This document shows positions 10,303 to 18,205 of a DNA stretch of 32,000 nucleotides, one piece after another. Where the stretch lies: assembly GCF_001457615.1 (NCBI RefSeq), contig NZ_LN831024.1:4680001-4712000 (forward strand). Direction: 5' to 3'. The position numbers and the translations under genes are program-made. The number at the start of each line of letters is the position of its first letter. Positions within the stretch are counted from its first letter, which is position 1. The notes beneath the pieces were generated by a model. It was not told the DNA's origin, ran no database searches, and saw nothing but the letters and a program-made list of their open reading frames with translations. Source of the stretch: Pseudomonas aeruginosa. GTDB taxonomy: Bacteria > Pseudomonadota > Gammaproteobacteria > Pseudomonadales > Pseudomonadaceae.

Positions 10303-10723
10303 AGCGCAGGCGGACACGCAGGCGCCGATGGCTGTCGGCGCCCAATGCATCGGCCGGGATACAGCAGCCAAGGATGCGCCAGCGGCCCGGCAGGCGCACG
10401 CGCAGTACGATCAGCCAGGGCAACGCCAGGCTGTCAGGGCGCAATTGCACCGCTTGCCAGCCGCTTCCGGCGCTCCACAGCTGCCAGCCCCGCTCGTCAT
10501 GGCGCACGCCGCGGAAGGCCCGCGAGCCGCGCAGCAGTACCTGGCGGTACAGCCCCCAGGCACCGTAGGCCAGGCAGACCAGCGCAAGCGGCGGCTTCAG
10601 CCAGACCGGCAGCGCCGCCAGCAGGATCGACAGCAGCGCCAGGGCCCACAGTGCCAGGCTCGCCGCCAGCAGGATCGGAGAGACCCGCCAGCGGCATTCG
10701 AACGGCTCAATCCGGCTGGACAC
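10271..10723 (-). CDS. YgfX/CptA-like inner-membrane protein (DUF1434-type)
   Basis: 150 aa with a GTG start. The architecture resembles my recollection of E. coli YgfX: an N-terminal W/R motif (ECRWRVSP), two TM helices, then an Arg-rich soluble tail ([14 protein letters not shown]). High-GC3, CTG-dominated codon usage. Its start overlaps the sdhE stop by 17 nt. Confidence 0.75.
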   Translation of the reverse strand: MSSRIEPFECRWRVSPILLAASLALWALALLSILLAALPVWLKPPLALVCLAYGAWGLYRQVLLRGSRAFRGVRHDERGWQLWSAGSGWQAVQLRPDSLALPWLIVLRVRLPGRWRILGCCIPADALGADSHRRLRVRLRFSRRRWAAPG

Positions 10724-10961
10724 GGTCCAGGATCATCCGCACCATCCGCCGCAGGTCGGCGTCTTCCGGCTCGCCGCGCTGCATGAACCAACCGAACATG
10801 TCCTGGTCCTCGCACTCCAGCAGCCTGCGGAAGCGCGCCTGGTCCTCGGCGTCCAGGCCCGGGTAAACCTCCTGCACGAAAGGCACCAGCAGCACATCCA
10901 GTTCCAGCATGCCGCGACGGCTGTGCCAGTAGAGTCGTTTCAGTTCGGTTTCATCTGCCAT
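10707..10961 (-). CDS. sdhE: SdhE/YgfY FAD-assembly factor (succinate dehydrogenase flavinylation)
   Basis: 84 aa with the conserved RGxxE motif (SRRGMLELD). GAGGAG lies 7 nt upstream of the ATG. Confidence 0.9.
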   Translation of the reverse strand: MADETELKRLYWHSRRGMLELDVLLVPFVQEVYPGLDAEDQARFRRLLECEDQDMFGWFMQRGEPEDADLRRMVRMILDRVQPD

Positions 10962-10987
10962 GTTCGGGCTCCTCGAAAACGCCCGGC

Positions 10988-10993
10988 ATTATA
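10988..10993 (-). promoter_or_regulatory. Perfect TATAAT -10 hexamer upstream of sdhE
   Basis: Plus-strand attata equals minus-strand TATAAT, 27-32 nt upstream of the sdhE ATG. No convincing -35 at 16-18 nt. Confidence 0.35.
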
Positions 10994-11170
10994 GGGCGGT
11001 TGCGCTCGAATGGCGCGGCCCGATGACGAGGCGTCGCTCTGCCGGCGTCCGCCCTTGGTCGTATTGCCCGGCAAACCAAGGGTATCCGCGCGGGCCGCAG
11101 GCCCATGCCGACGGCGGCCTCGGAAGTGTCCGACAACCGTCAAGGCGGATGCGCCAGGCATTCTTGCCCG

Positions 11171-11199
11171 CTGACAAGCCTCGGACCGAGTTCTATGAT
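11171..11199 (+). promoter_or_regulatory. Candidate sigma-70 promoter for ygfZ
   Basis: CTGACA-N17-TATGAT, ending 35 nt upstream of the ygfZ ATG. Confidence 0.5.
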
Positions 11200-11233
11200 G
11201 ACGGTCCTGACTGACTGACCGCGCAGCATCGCA

Positions 11234-12178
11234 ATGGCCGACCCCGCTTTCCACACCCCGCTAGTCCATGAAGGCATCCTCGCCGTCCGCGGCCCTGACG
11301 CCGCCAAGTTCCTCCAGGGCCAGCTGACCTGCAACCTCGCCTACCTCAACGACGAGACCTCCAGCCTCGGCGGCCGCTGCAACATCAAGGGCCGCCTGCT
11401 ATCGAGCTTCCGCATCCTGCCCGAGGGCGACGGCCTGCTGCTGGCGATGGCCGGCGAGCTGCTCGAGGCCCAGTTGGCGGACCTGAAGAAATACGCCGTA
11501 TTCTCCAAGGCCAGCCTTGCCGACGAGAGCGCAGCCTGGCTCCGCATAGGCTTGCGCGACGCCAGCGAGGCACTGCGCGCCCTGGGGATAGACACCCCGG
11601 CGGAGAGCGGCAGGATCGCCCGCCACGGCGACCTGCTCGCCGTCGCCCTGGGCGACGCCCGCGTCGAGCTATGGGTTCCGGCGCAGCGCGCCGAGGCGGT
11701 GCTTGCCACGCTCCGCGAGCACAGCCGCGAGGCGCCGCTCGACGATTGGCTGCTCGGCCAGGTGCGCGCAGGCATCGGCCAGGTGTTCGGCGCTACCCGC
11801 GAGCTGTTCATCCCACAGATGATCAACCTGCAGGCGGTCGGCGGGGTCAGCTTCAAGAAGGGCTGCTATACCGGCCAGGAAATCGTCGCCCGCATGCAGT
11901 ATCTCGGCCGCCTCAAGCGCCGCCTGTATCGCCTGGCGCTGGACGCAGACGAGGTGCCGGCGCCCGGCACCGGGCTGTTCTCGCCAGTCCATTCCACCAG
12001 CGTCGGCGAAGTGGTACTGGCCGCCCGTACGCCGGAGAACAGCGTGGAATTGCTCGCCGTGCTGCAGGACGACGCCGTCGCCGACGGCCGGATCAGCCTC
12101 GGAAGCGCCGAAGGAGCGCCGCTCGTCCTCCTCAATCTGCCTTACACGCTGGACAGCGACCGCGAAATCCAGCGCTGA
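11234..12178 (+). CDS. ygfZ: Folate-binding YgfZ-family protein (Fe-S cluster / tRNA-modification associated)
   Basis: 314 aa with a GcvT-like fold and the signature KGCYTGQE (KKGCYTGQEIVARMQY). Confidence 0.9.
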   Translation: MADPAFHTPLVHEGILAVRGPDAAKFLQGQLTCNLAYLNDETSSLGGRCNIKGRLLSSFRILPEGDGLLLAMAGELLEAQLADLKKYAVFSKASLADESAAWLRIGLRDASEALRALGIDTPAESGRIARHGDLLAVALGDARVELWVPAQRAEAVLATLREHSREAPLDDWLLGQVRAGIGQVFGATRELFIPQMINLQAVGGVSFKKGCYTGQEIVARMQYLGRLKRRLYRLALDADEVPAPGTGLFSPVHSTSVGEVVLAARTPENSVELLAVLQDDAVADGRISLGSAEGAPLVLLNLPYTLDSDREIQR

Positions 12179-12224
12179 CCGTAAACTGTGCCTCGCCGTC
12201 CGCGGACGGCCCGCCAGTATTCCC

Positions 12225-12266
12225 ATGGCCGGTGCACGTACAGCGTGCTCCGGCCATTGCGTTTTC
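12225..12266 (+). terminator. Strong stem-loop plus short T-run after ygfZ
   Basis: ATGGCCGG-t-GCACG-tacag-CGTGC-t-CCGGCCAT (13 bp, one t/t mismatch) followed by TGCGTTTTC. It ends 5 nt (12267-12271) before the SD (12272-12274) of the next gene. Confidence 0.55.
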
Positions 12267-12278
12267 AAAGGAAATGCC

Positions 12279-13115
12279 ATGAGCAAGCTTGCCGACAAAG
12301 TCCAACAGGACCTGATCCGCGCCATCGATCAGGATGAACTGGTGCTGCCGACCCTGCCCGAAGTGGCCCTGCAGGTCCGCGAGGCGGCGGAGGACCCGGA
12401 TGTCAGCATCCAGGCCCTGAGCAAGGTGATCGGCAACGACGCGGCGCTGACCGCGCGCATCATCCGCGTGGTGAACAGTCCGCTGCTGCGCAGCCCGAAG
12501 GAAATCACCGACCTGCAGATGGCGATCAGCCGGTTGGGCATCAACTACACCTGCAACCTGGCCACCGGCCTGGCCATGGAGCAGATGTTCCAGGCCACCA
12601 CCGACGTGGTCGACCGCAAGATGCGCGAAGTCTGGAACAAGAGCACCGAGATCGCCGGCATCTGCCACGTGCTGGCCCGTCACTACACCCGCCTGGCGCC
12701 GGACCAGGCGACCCTGGCCGGGCTGGTGCACCAGATCGGCGTGCTGCCGATCCTCACCTACGCCGAGGATCACAACGAGCTGCTGTCGGACTCCATCAGC
12801 CTGAGCCACGTGATCGAGCGCATCCATCCGCTGATCGGCGAGCGCATCCTCAAGGCCTGGGATTTCCCCGCGCCGATCGCCGAGGTCCCGCGCCAGCACC
12901 TGGACTTCACCCGCAACTCGCCGCGCGCCGACTATACCGACCTGGTCCAGGTCGCCACCCTGCAGAGCTACCTTGGCAGCGAGCATCCCTATACCCGCCT
13001 GGACTGGAGCCAGATCCCGGCGTTCGCCAAGCTCGGCCTCGAGCCGACCGTCGACATGAAGGAAGACGAGGACCTCTCCAGCGCCCTGGAAGCCGCCACC
13101 AGCATGCTGCAATAG
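12279..13115 (+). CDS. Stand-alone HDOD-domain protein (putative signalling module)
   Basis: 278 aa from MSKLADKVQQDL (AGGA 5 nt upstream). Typical HDOD N-terminal pattern (LPTLPEVALQVREAAEDPDVSIQALSKVIGNDAALTARIIRVVNSPLL). No other domain is recognisable. Confidence 0.85.
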   Translation: MSKLADKVQQDLIRAIDQDELVLPTLPEVALQVREAAEDPDVSIQALSKVIGNDAALTARIIRVVNSPLLRSPKEITDLQMAISRLGINYTCNLATGLAMEQMFQATTDVVDRKMREVWNKSTEIAGICHVLARHYTRLAPDQATLAGLVHQIGVLPILTYAEDHNELLSDSISLSHVIERIHPLIGERILKAWDFPAPIAEVPRQHLDFTRNSPRADYTDLVQVATLQSYLGSEHPYTRLDWSQIPAFAKLGLEPTVDMKEDEDLSSALEAATSMLQ

Positions 13116-13122
13116 GCCCGCT

Positions 13123-14505
13123 CTACTCCGCCGGGAAGCGCACCCGCACCAGCAAGCCACCCAGTTCGCCCTGGTCGAGCTGGATCTGCGCCCGGTGCGC
13201 CCGGCAGACCTCGCCGACGATCGCCAGCCCCAGGCCGCTGCCGGGGCTGTCGCCGCGCCGGTAGAAGCGCTGGAAGACCCGCTCGCGGTCGGCGGCGGGA
13301 ATTCCCGGACCATCGTCTTCCACTTCCAGCACGCCCCCCTCCAGCACCCTGAGGATCACGTTGCCGCCCTGCGGGGTGTGCGCCAGCGCGTTGTCCAGGA
13401 GGTTGCTGAGCAATTCGTTGAGCAGCGTCGGTTCACCCTGGATCCACACCGGCCCGGCGCTTTCCAGCGCCAGCGAGGCTCCCCGCGCATAGGCCAGCGG
13501 CGCCAGCGCCAGGCCCAGCTCCCGGGCCAGGGCGGTCAGGTCGATACGCTCGGCGCCACCCTCGGCGATGGCCTGGGCGCCGCTTTCGATGCGCGCCAGG
13601 GAGAGCAGCTGGTTGGCCAGGTGGATCAGGCGGTCGGTGTTCTTCGCCGTGGTCTCCAGGGTCGAACGCCAGGCTTCCGGCTCCTGCTCGCGCAGGCCCA
13701 GTTCCAGGCGCGCCTTGAGCGCCGCCAGCGGGGTGCGCAACTCGTGGGCGGCATCGGCGATGAACTGCGACTGCCGCTCGAACAGGCTGCGCAGGCGCTG
13801 GGTGAAGTGGTTCAGCGACTCCACCAGCGGCCGCAATTCATGCTGGACCTCGAGCATCGGCAACGGCCGCAGGTCGTCCGGCTGGCGCTCTTCCACCTCG
13901 CGGCGCAGGCGATCCAGCGGACGCAGCGCGGCGCTCACCGCCAGCCACACCAGCACCAGCGCGCCGACGCCGAGGACGCCCAGGCGCAGCAGGGTATCGG
14001 TCATCAGGCTGCGCGCCATGCGCTCGCGGGCGCCTTCGGTCTCCGCCACGCGGATCTCCGCCATGCCGCTCATGCTCGGTTCGCTGACCGGTTGCAGCAG
14101 GCTCACCACGCGTACGTCGACGCCCTGGTAGACGCCGTCATAGAACTTGGCCAGGGCCGGGTAGTCGTCGGTGCGCAGGGTATCGGCGGGTGCCGCCGGA
14201 AGATTCTCGTAGCCGGAGATCATCCGTCCGTGGATGTCGTTGACCTGGTAGAAGATCCGCCCGGCGCTGTCGTAGGCGAAGGTATCCAGTGCCACGTAGG
14301 GGACGTCGGCGCGCAGGGTGCCGTCCTTCTCGTAGAGCCCGTCGGCGATCGCCCGCGCCGAGGCCAGCAAGGTCCGGTCGTAGGCGGTGTCGGCCACCTC
14401 GCGACCGTTCCAGTAGGCGCTCAGGCCGCTCGCCAGGAGCACCAGCAGCAGGAGCAGGGCCAGCCACAGCAGCAGCCTTCCGCGCAGGCTGCCGGCATCA
14501 GTCAC
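13123..14505 (-). CDS. tctE: Sensor histidine kinase TctE
   Basis: 460 aa with a GTG start and two TM segments flanking a periplasmic domain. H-box AAHELRTPL, N-box DNALAHTP, G-box GSGLGLAIV. 8-nt overlap with the tctD stop. Confidence 0.92.
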   Translation of the reverse strand: MTDAGSLRGRLLLWLALLLLLVLLASGLSAYWNGREVADTAYDRTLLASARAIADGLYEKDGTLRADVPYVALDTFAYDSAGRIFYQVNDIHGRMISGYENLPAAPADTLRTDDYPALAKFYDGVYQGVDVRVVSLLQPVSEPSMSGMAEIRVAETEGARERMARSLMTDTLLRLGVLGVGALVLVWLAVSAALRPLDRLRREVEERQPDDLRPLPMLEVQHELRPLVESLNHFTQRLRSLFERQSQFIADAAHELRTPLAALKARLELGLREQEPEAWRSTLETTAKNTDRLIHLANQLLSLARIESGAQAIAEGGAERIDLTALARELGLALAPLAYARGASLALESAGPVWIQGEPTLLNELLSNLLDNALAHTPQGGNVILRVLEGGVLEVEDDGPGIPAADRERVFQRFYRRGDSPGSGLGLAIVGEVCRAHRAQIQLDQGELGGLLVRVRFPAE

Positions 14506-15169
14506 CCTGCGCCTCCAGCAGGTAGCCGAGGCCGCGGAAGGTGACGATGCGCACGGCGCCGCCTTCCAGCTTCTTGCGCAGGCGGTGGACGTAGATCTCG
14601 ATGGCGTCGGCGCTGGCCTCCTCGTCCAGGCCGAAGACCTGGGCGGCCAGTTGCTCCTTGCTCATCACCCGCCCCGGACGGGCGATCATCGCTTCCAGCA
14701 CCGCCTGTTCCCGCGAGGTCAGGGTCAGCGGCTGCTCGTCGAGGCTGAAGCGCCGGGTGCCGAGGTCGTAGACCAGGGCGCCGCAGCGCTGCAACTGTTC
14801 GCCACCGAGCACGCTGCGGCGCAGCAGGGCCTTGACCCGCGCCTCCAGCTCGGACAGTTCGAAAGGCTTTGCCAGGTAGTCGTCGGCGCCGAGATTGAGG
14901 CCGTGCACCCGGTCCTTCACCTCGCCGCGCGCAGTCAGCATCAGCACCGGCAGGGTCTTGCCGCGCCCGCGCAGGCGCGCCAGCACCTCGAAGCCGTCCA
15001 TCCGCGGCAGGCCGACGTCGAGGATCGCCAGGGCGTACTCCTCGCTGGCCAGGGCCAGGTCGGCGGCCACCCCGTCCTGCAGCAGGTCTACCGTCCAGCC
15101 GGCGCCCTTGAGCGCCTGGACCACGCTTTCGGCGAGCTGCGGATGATCTTCCACCAGAAGGATGCGCAT
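14498..15169 (-). CDS. tctD: OmpR-family response regulator TctD
   Basis: 223 aa from MRILLVEDHPQLAES (GGAG 8 nt upstream). Receiver Asp context ILDVGLPRMDG and a winged-helix C-terminus (IVTFRGLGYLL). The track ORF (to 16690) is an antisense run-on. Confidence 0.94.
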   Translation of the reverse strand: MRILLVEDHPQLAESVVQALKGAGWTVDLLQDGVAADLALASEEYALAILDVGLPRMDGFEVLARLRGRGKTLPVLMLTARGEVKDRVHGLNLGADDYLAKPFELSELEARVKALLRRSVLGGEQLQRCGALVYDLGTRRFSLDEQPLTLTSREQAVLEAMIARPGRVMSKEQLAAQVFGLDEEASADAIEIYVHRLRKKLEGGAVRIVTFRGLGYLLEAQGD

Positions 15170-15263
15170 GGACGGTTCTCCACCACCGGATGAGGGCACA
15201 AGAGGCGAAGTGTACCGGGGAAAACCCTCCGGTAAATGGCTTCTCTGCCACCGGGGATTGCTG

Positions 15264-15285
15264 AAAGCCTGGCGAAAGCTTGGCG
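15264..15285. promoter_or_regulatory. Tandem 11-bp direct repeat, candidate TctD (OmpR-family) box
   Basis: AAAGCCTGGCG followed directly by AAAGCTTGGCG, 10/11 identical with an 11-bp period. It lies 95-116 nt upstream of the opdH ATG in the tctD/opdH divergent region. Confidence 0.35.
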
Positions 15286-15379
15286 TCTTAGGATCAGTCG
15301 ATGGACGGCGCAGATCGTCCGCCAAAACGCCCTGCAGCGTGGTGCTCGGCGTACAAGAACAAGAATCGGAGACCACTGC

Positions 15380-16663
15380 ATGTCGACTTCCCTGCCGCAG
15401 GCCGCAAGGTCTGTACGTTCGTCCCGCAGCACCACCCTGACCACCACCGCCGTCGTGCTCGCCGGCATCGCGCCCCTGGGCAACGCCGCCGGCTTCCTCG
15501 AAGACAGCAAGGCCAGCCTGGAAACCCGCAACTTCTACATGAACCGCGACTTCCGCGACGGCCCCGGCCAGTCCAAGCGCGAGGAGTGGGCGCAAGGCTT
15601 CATCCTCAACCTGCAGTCCGGCTACACCCAGGGCACCGTCGGCTTCGGCCTCGACGCCATGGGCATGCTCGGCGTCAAGCTCGACTCCGGCCGCGGCCGC
15701 AGCGGTACCGGACTGCTGCCGAAGGATTCCGACGGCCGCGCGCCGGACACCTACTCGAAACTGGGCCTGACCGCCAAGGTCAAGGTCTCGCAGAGCGAGC
15801 TGAAGGTCGGCACGCTGATTCCGAAGCTGCCATCGGTACAACCGAACAACGGGCGGATCTTCCCGCAGATATTCGAAGGCGCGCTGCTCACCTCGAAGGA
15901 GATCAAGGACCTCGGCTTCACCGCCGGGCGCCTGGAAAAGACCAAGATCCGCGACTCCAGCGACTCCGAGGACCTCGCGCTGAACGACAAGAACGGCCGC
16001 TTCGCCGGGGTCAGCGCCGATCACTTCGACCTCGGCGGACTGGACTACAAGCTCACCGACCAACTCACCGCCAGCTATCACTACAGCAACCTGCAGGACG
16101 TCTACCGCCAGCACTTCGTCGGCCTGCTGCACAGCTGGCCGATCGGTCCCGGCGAACTGACCAGCGACCTGCGCTTCGCCCGCAGCACCGACAGCGGCTC
16201 GGCCAAGGCCGGCGGCATCGACAACAAGTCGCTCAACGGCATGTTCACCTACAGCCTTGGCAACCATGCCTTCGGTGCGGCCTGGCAGCGAATGAACGGC
16301 GACGACGCCTTCCCCTACCTGGAAGGCAGCAACCCGTACCTGGTCAACTTCGTCCAGGTCAACGACTTCGCCGGCCCCAAGGAGCGCTCCTGGCAACTGC
16401 GCTACGACTACGACTTCGTCGGCCTCGGCATTCCCGGCCTGACCTTCATGACCCGCTACGTCAAGGGCGACAATGTCGAACTCGCCGGGCAGCGCGGCGA
16501 AGGCCGCGAATGGGAACGCAACACCGAACTGCAGTACGTGTTCCAGAGCGGCGCGCTGAAGAACCTCGGAATCCGCTGGCGCAACGCGACCTTCCGTTCC
16601 AATTTCACCCGCGACATCGATGAGAACCGCCTGATCGTCAGCTATACCCTGCCGATCTGGTAA
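15380..16663 (+). CDS. opdH: OprD-family porin OpdH (tricarboxylate-associated)
   Basis: 427 aa from MSTSLPQAARS (GGAG 8 nt upstream). Signal peptide, then the OprD-family N-terminal motif GFLEDSKASLETRNFYMNRDFRDG. The C-terminal residue is Trp (a beta-barrel-style terminal aromatic). Confidence 0.93.
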   Translation: MSTSLPQAARSVRSSRSTTLTTTAVVLAGIAPLGNAAGFLEDSKASLETRNFYMNRDFRDGPGQSKREEWAQGFILNLQSGYTQGTVGFGLDAMGMLGVKLDSGRGRSGTGLLPKDSDGRAPDTYSKLGLTAKVKVSQSELKVGTLIPKLPSVQPNNGRIFPQIFEGALLTSKEIKDLGFTAGRLEKTKIRDSSDSEDLALNDKNGRFAGVSADHFDLGGLDYKLTDQLTASYHYSNLQDVYRQHFVGLLHSWPIGPGELTSDLRFARSTDSGSAKAGGIDNKSLNGMFTYSLGNHAFGAAWQRMNGDDAFPYLEGSNPYLVNFVQVNDFAGPKERSWQLRYDYDFVGLGIPGLTFMTRYVKGDNVELAGQRGEGREWERNTELQYVFQSGALKNLGIRWRNATFRSNFTRDIDENRLIVSYTLPIW

Positions 16664-16692
16664 GCCAGAACAAGAACTCCACAGGAGCACCG

Positions 16693-17676
16693 ATGATGAT
16701 GAAACTGTCTTTTCGTCCCCTCGCCTTGGTTGCCGCCGGCCTGCTGCTGGCCGGCGCCGCCGTGGCCGAACCCAAGCGTCCCGAATGCATCGCCCCGGCG
16801 TCCCCCGGCGGCGGTTTCGACCTCACCTGCAAGCTGGCCCAGAGCGCCCTGGTCGAGGCCAAGCTGCTGAGCAAGCCGATGCGCGTCACCTACATGCCCG
16901 GCGGCGTCGGCGCGGTCGCCTATAACGCGGTGGTCGCCCAACGCCCGGGCGACGCCGGCACCATCACCGCCTTCTCCAGCGGCTCGCTGCTGAATCTGGC
17001 CCAGGGCAAGTTCGGCCGCTTCGACGAGAACGCGGTGAAATGGCTGGCCGCCATCGGCACCAGCTACGGCGCCATCGCGGTACGCACCGACTCGCCCTAC
17101 AAGAACCTCGACGACCTGGTGAAGGCGCTCAAGGCCGACCCGAGCAAGGTGGTGATCGGCTCCGGCGGCACCGTCGGCAGCCAGGACTGGATGCAGACCG
17201 CGCTGATCGCCAAGGCCGCCGGGATCAATCCGCGCGACCTGCGCTACGTGGCCCTGGAAGGCGGCGGCGAGATCGCCACCGCGCTGCTCGGCGGGCACAT
17301 CCAGGTCGGCAGCACCGACATTTCCGACTCCATGCCGCACATCCTCAGCGGCGACATGCGCCTGCTCGCGGTGTTCTCCGAAGAACGCCTGCCGGAGGCG
17401 GCGATGGCCAACATCCCCACCGCCAAGGAACAGGGCTACGACATCGTCTGGCCGGTGGTTCGCGGGTTCTACCTCGGGCCGAAGGTCAGCGACGAAGACT
17501 ACGCCTGGTGGAAGAACGCCTTCGACCAACTGCTGGCCTCCGAGGACTTCGCCAAGCTGCGCGACCAGCGCGAGCTGTTCCCCTTCGCCATGACCGGCGA
17601 GGAACTCGACGGCTACGTGAAGCAGCAGGTCCAGCAGTACAAGCAACTGGCCAAGGACTTCGGCCTGATCCAGTAA
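16693..17676 (+). CDS. tctC: Tripartite tricarboxylate transporter, periplasmic binding protein TctC
   Basis: 327 aa, Bug/TctC family, with a signal peptide (LALVAAGLLLAGAAVA). AGGAG lies 5 nt upstream of an ATGATGATG start. Confidence 0.93.
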   Translation: MMMKLSFRPLALVAAGLLLAGAAVAEPKRPECIAPASPGGGFDLTCKLAQSALVEAKLLSKPMRVTYMPGGVGAVAYNAVVAQRPGDAGTITAFSSGSLLNLAQGKFGRFDENAVKWLAAIGTSYGAIAVRTDSPYKNLDDLVKALKADPSKVVIGSGGTVGSQDWMQTALIAKAAGINPRDLRYVALEGGGEIATALLGGHIQVGSTDISDSMPHILSGDMRLLAVFSEERLPEAAMANIPTAKEQGYDIVWPVVRGFYLGPKVSDEDYAWWKNAFDQLLASEDFAKLRDQRELFPFAMTGEELDGYVKQQVQQYKQLAKDFGLIQ

Positions 17677-17724
17677 GCCAGCCCGCGCGCGGCCGGACCC
17701 CGGCCGCGCCACGAGGATCGTCCC

Positions 17725-18195
17725 ATGACCCGTTCCAACCTGTACCAGCGCCTGTTCGCCGGGCTCTGGCTGCTCGCCTGCGTCGGCCTGGCGGTCGCCG
17801 GCTGGCGTTACCAGGCGCCGTTTTCCTACGAACCGGTCGGCCCGCGCGCCTACCCGCTGCTCTGCCTGGCGCTGATGGGCGCCGGCCTGGCGTGGCTGAT
17901 CGCGCGGCCGACGCCGATCCGCCACGCCGAGGACGAACAACCGCTGGGCGGCGCCGTGCTGCTCAAGGTGCTCGCCTGCATCGCCCTGCTGCTGGTGTTC
18001 GCCGGCCTGTTCGAAACGCTCGGCTTCATCCTCAGCGCCGCCCTGGTCGGCTCCTGCATGGCCATTCTCTACGGCGCCCGGCCAATCCCTGCGGTGGTCA
18101 CCGCGAGCCTGCTCGGGATCGGCCTCTACTGGCTGTTCGACCGCGCCCTGGACGTCCCGCTGCCGCTGGGCGTTCTCGACTTCCTGCCGCTGTGA
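17725..18195 (+). CDS. tctB: Tripartite tricarboxylate transporter small membrane subunit TctB
   Basis: 156 aa with 4 predicted TM segments and a GAGGA SD. Position is between tctC and tctA. Confidence 0.9.
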   Translation: MTRSNLYQRLFAGLWLLACVGLAVAGWRYQAPFSYEPVGPRAYPLLCLALMGAGLAWLIARPTPIRHAEDEQPLGGAVLLKVLACIALLLVFAGLFETLGFILSAALVGSCMAILYGARPIPAVVTASLLGIGLYWLFDRALDVPLPLGVLDFLPL

Positions 18196-18205
18196 GGACT
18201 TCGTG

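Noticed and set aside
10960-11214. An 84-aa plus-strand ORF and several 60-104-aa minus-strand ORFs inside the sdhE/ygfZ spacer.
   Set aside because: There is no SD, the sequence is Arg/Pro/Gly-rich and low-complexity, and the frames overlap one another. They are more likely non-coding spacer.
15176-15254. Near-repeat TTCTCCACCACCGG (15176-15189) and TTCTCTGCCACCGG (15241-15254) next to the tctD start.
   Set aside because: The first copy is simply the tctD SD region (GGTGGTGGAGAA on the minus strand). The match has three mismatches over 14 nt and no regular spacing. It is weaker than the 11-bp tandem repeat reported.
15311-15319. AGATCGTCC in the opdH leader resembles the core of the AraC-region repeat (AAGATCGTCC).
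   Set aside because: There is only a 9-nt match and a single copy, and it is part of a local GGACG/CGTCC palindrome. There is no reason to link the two loci.
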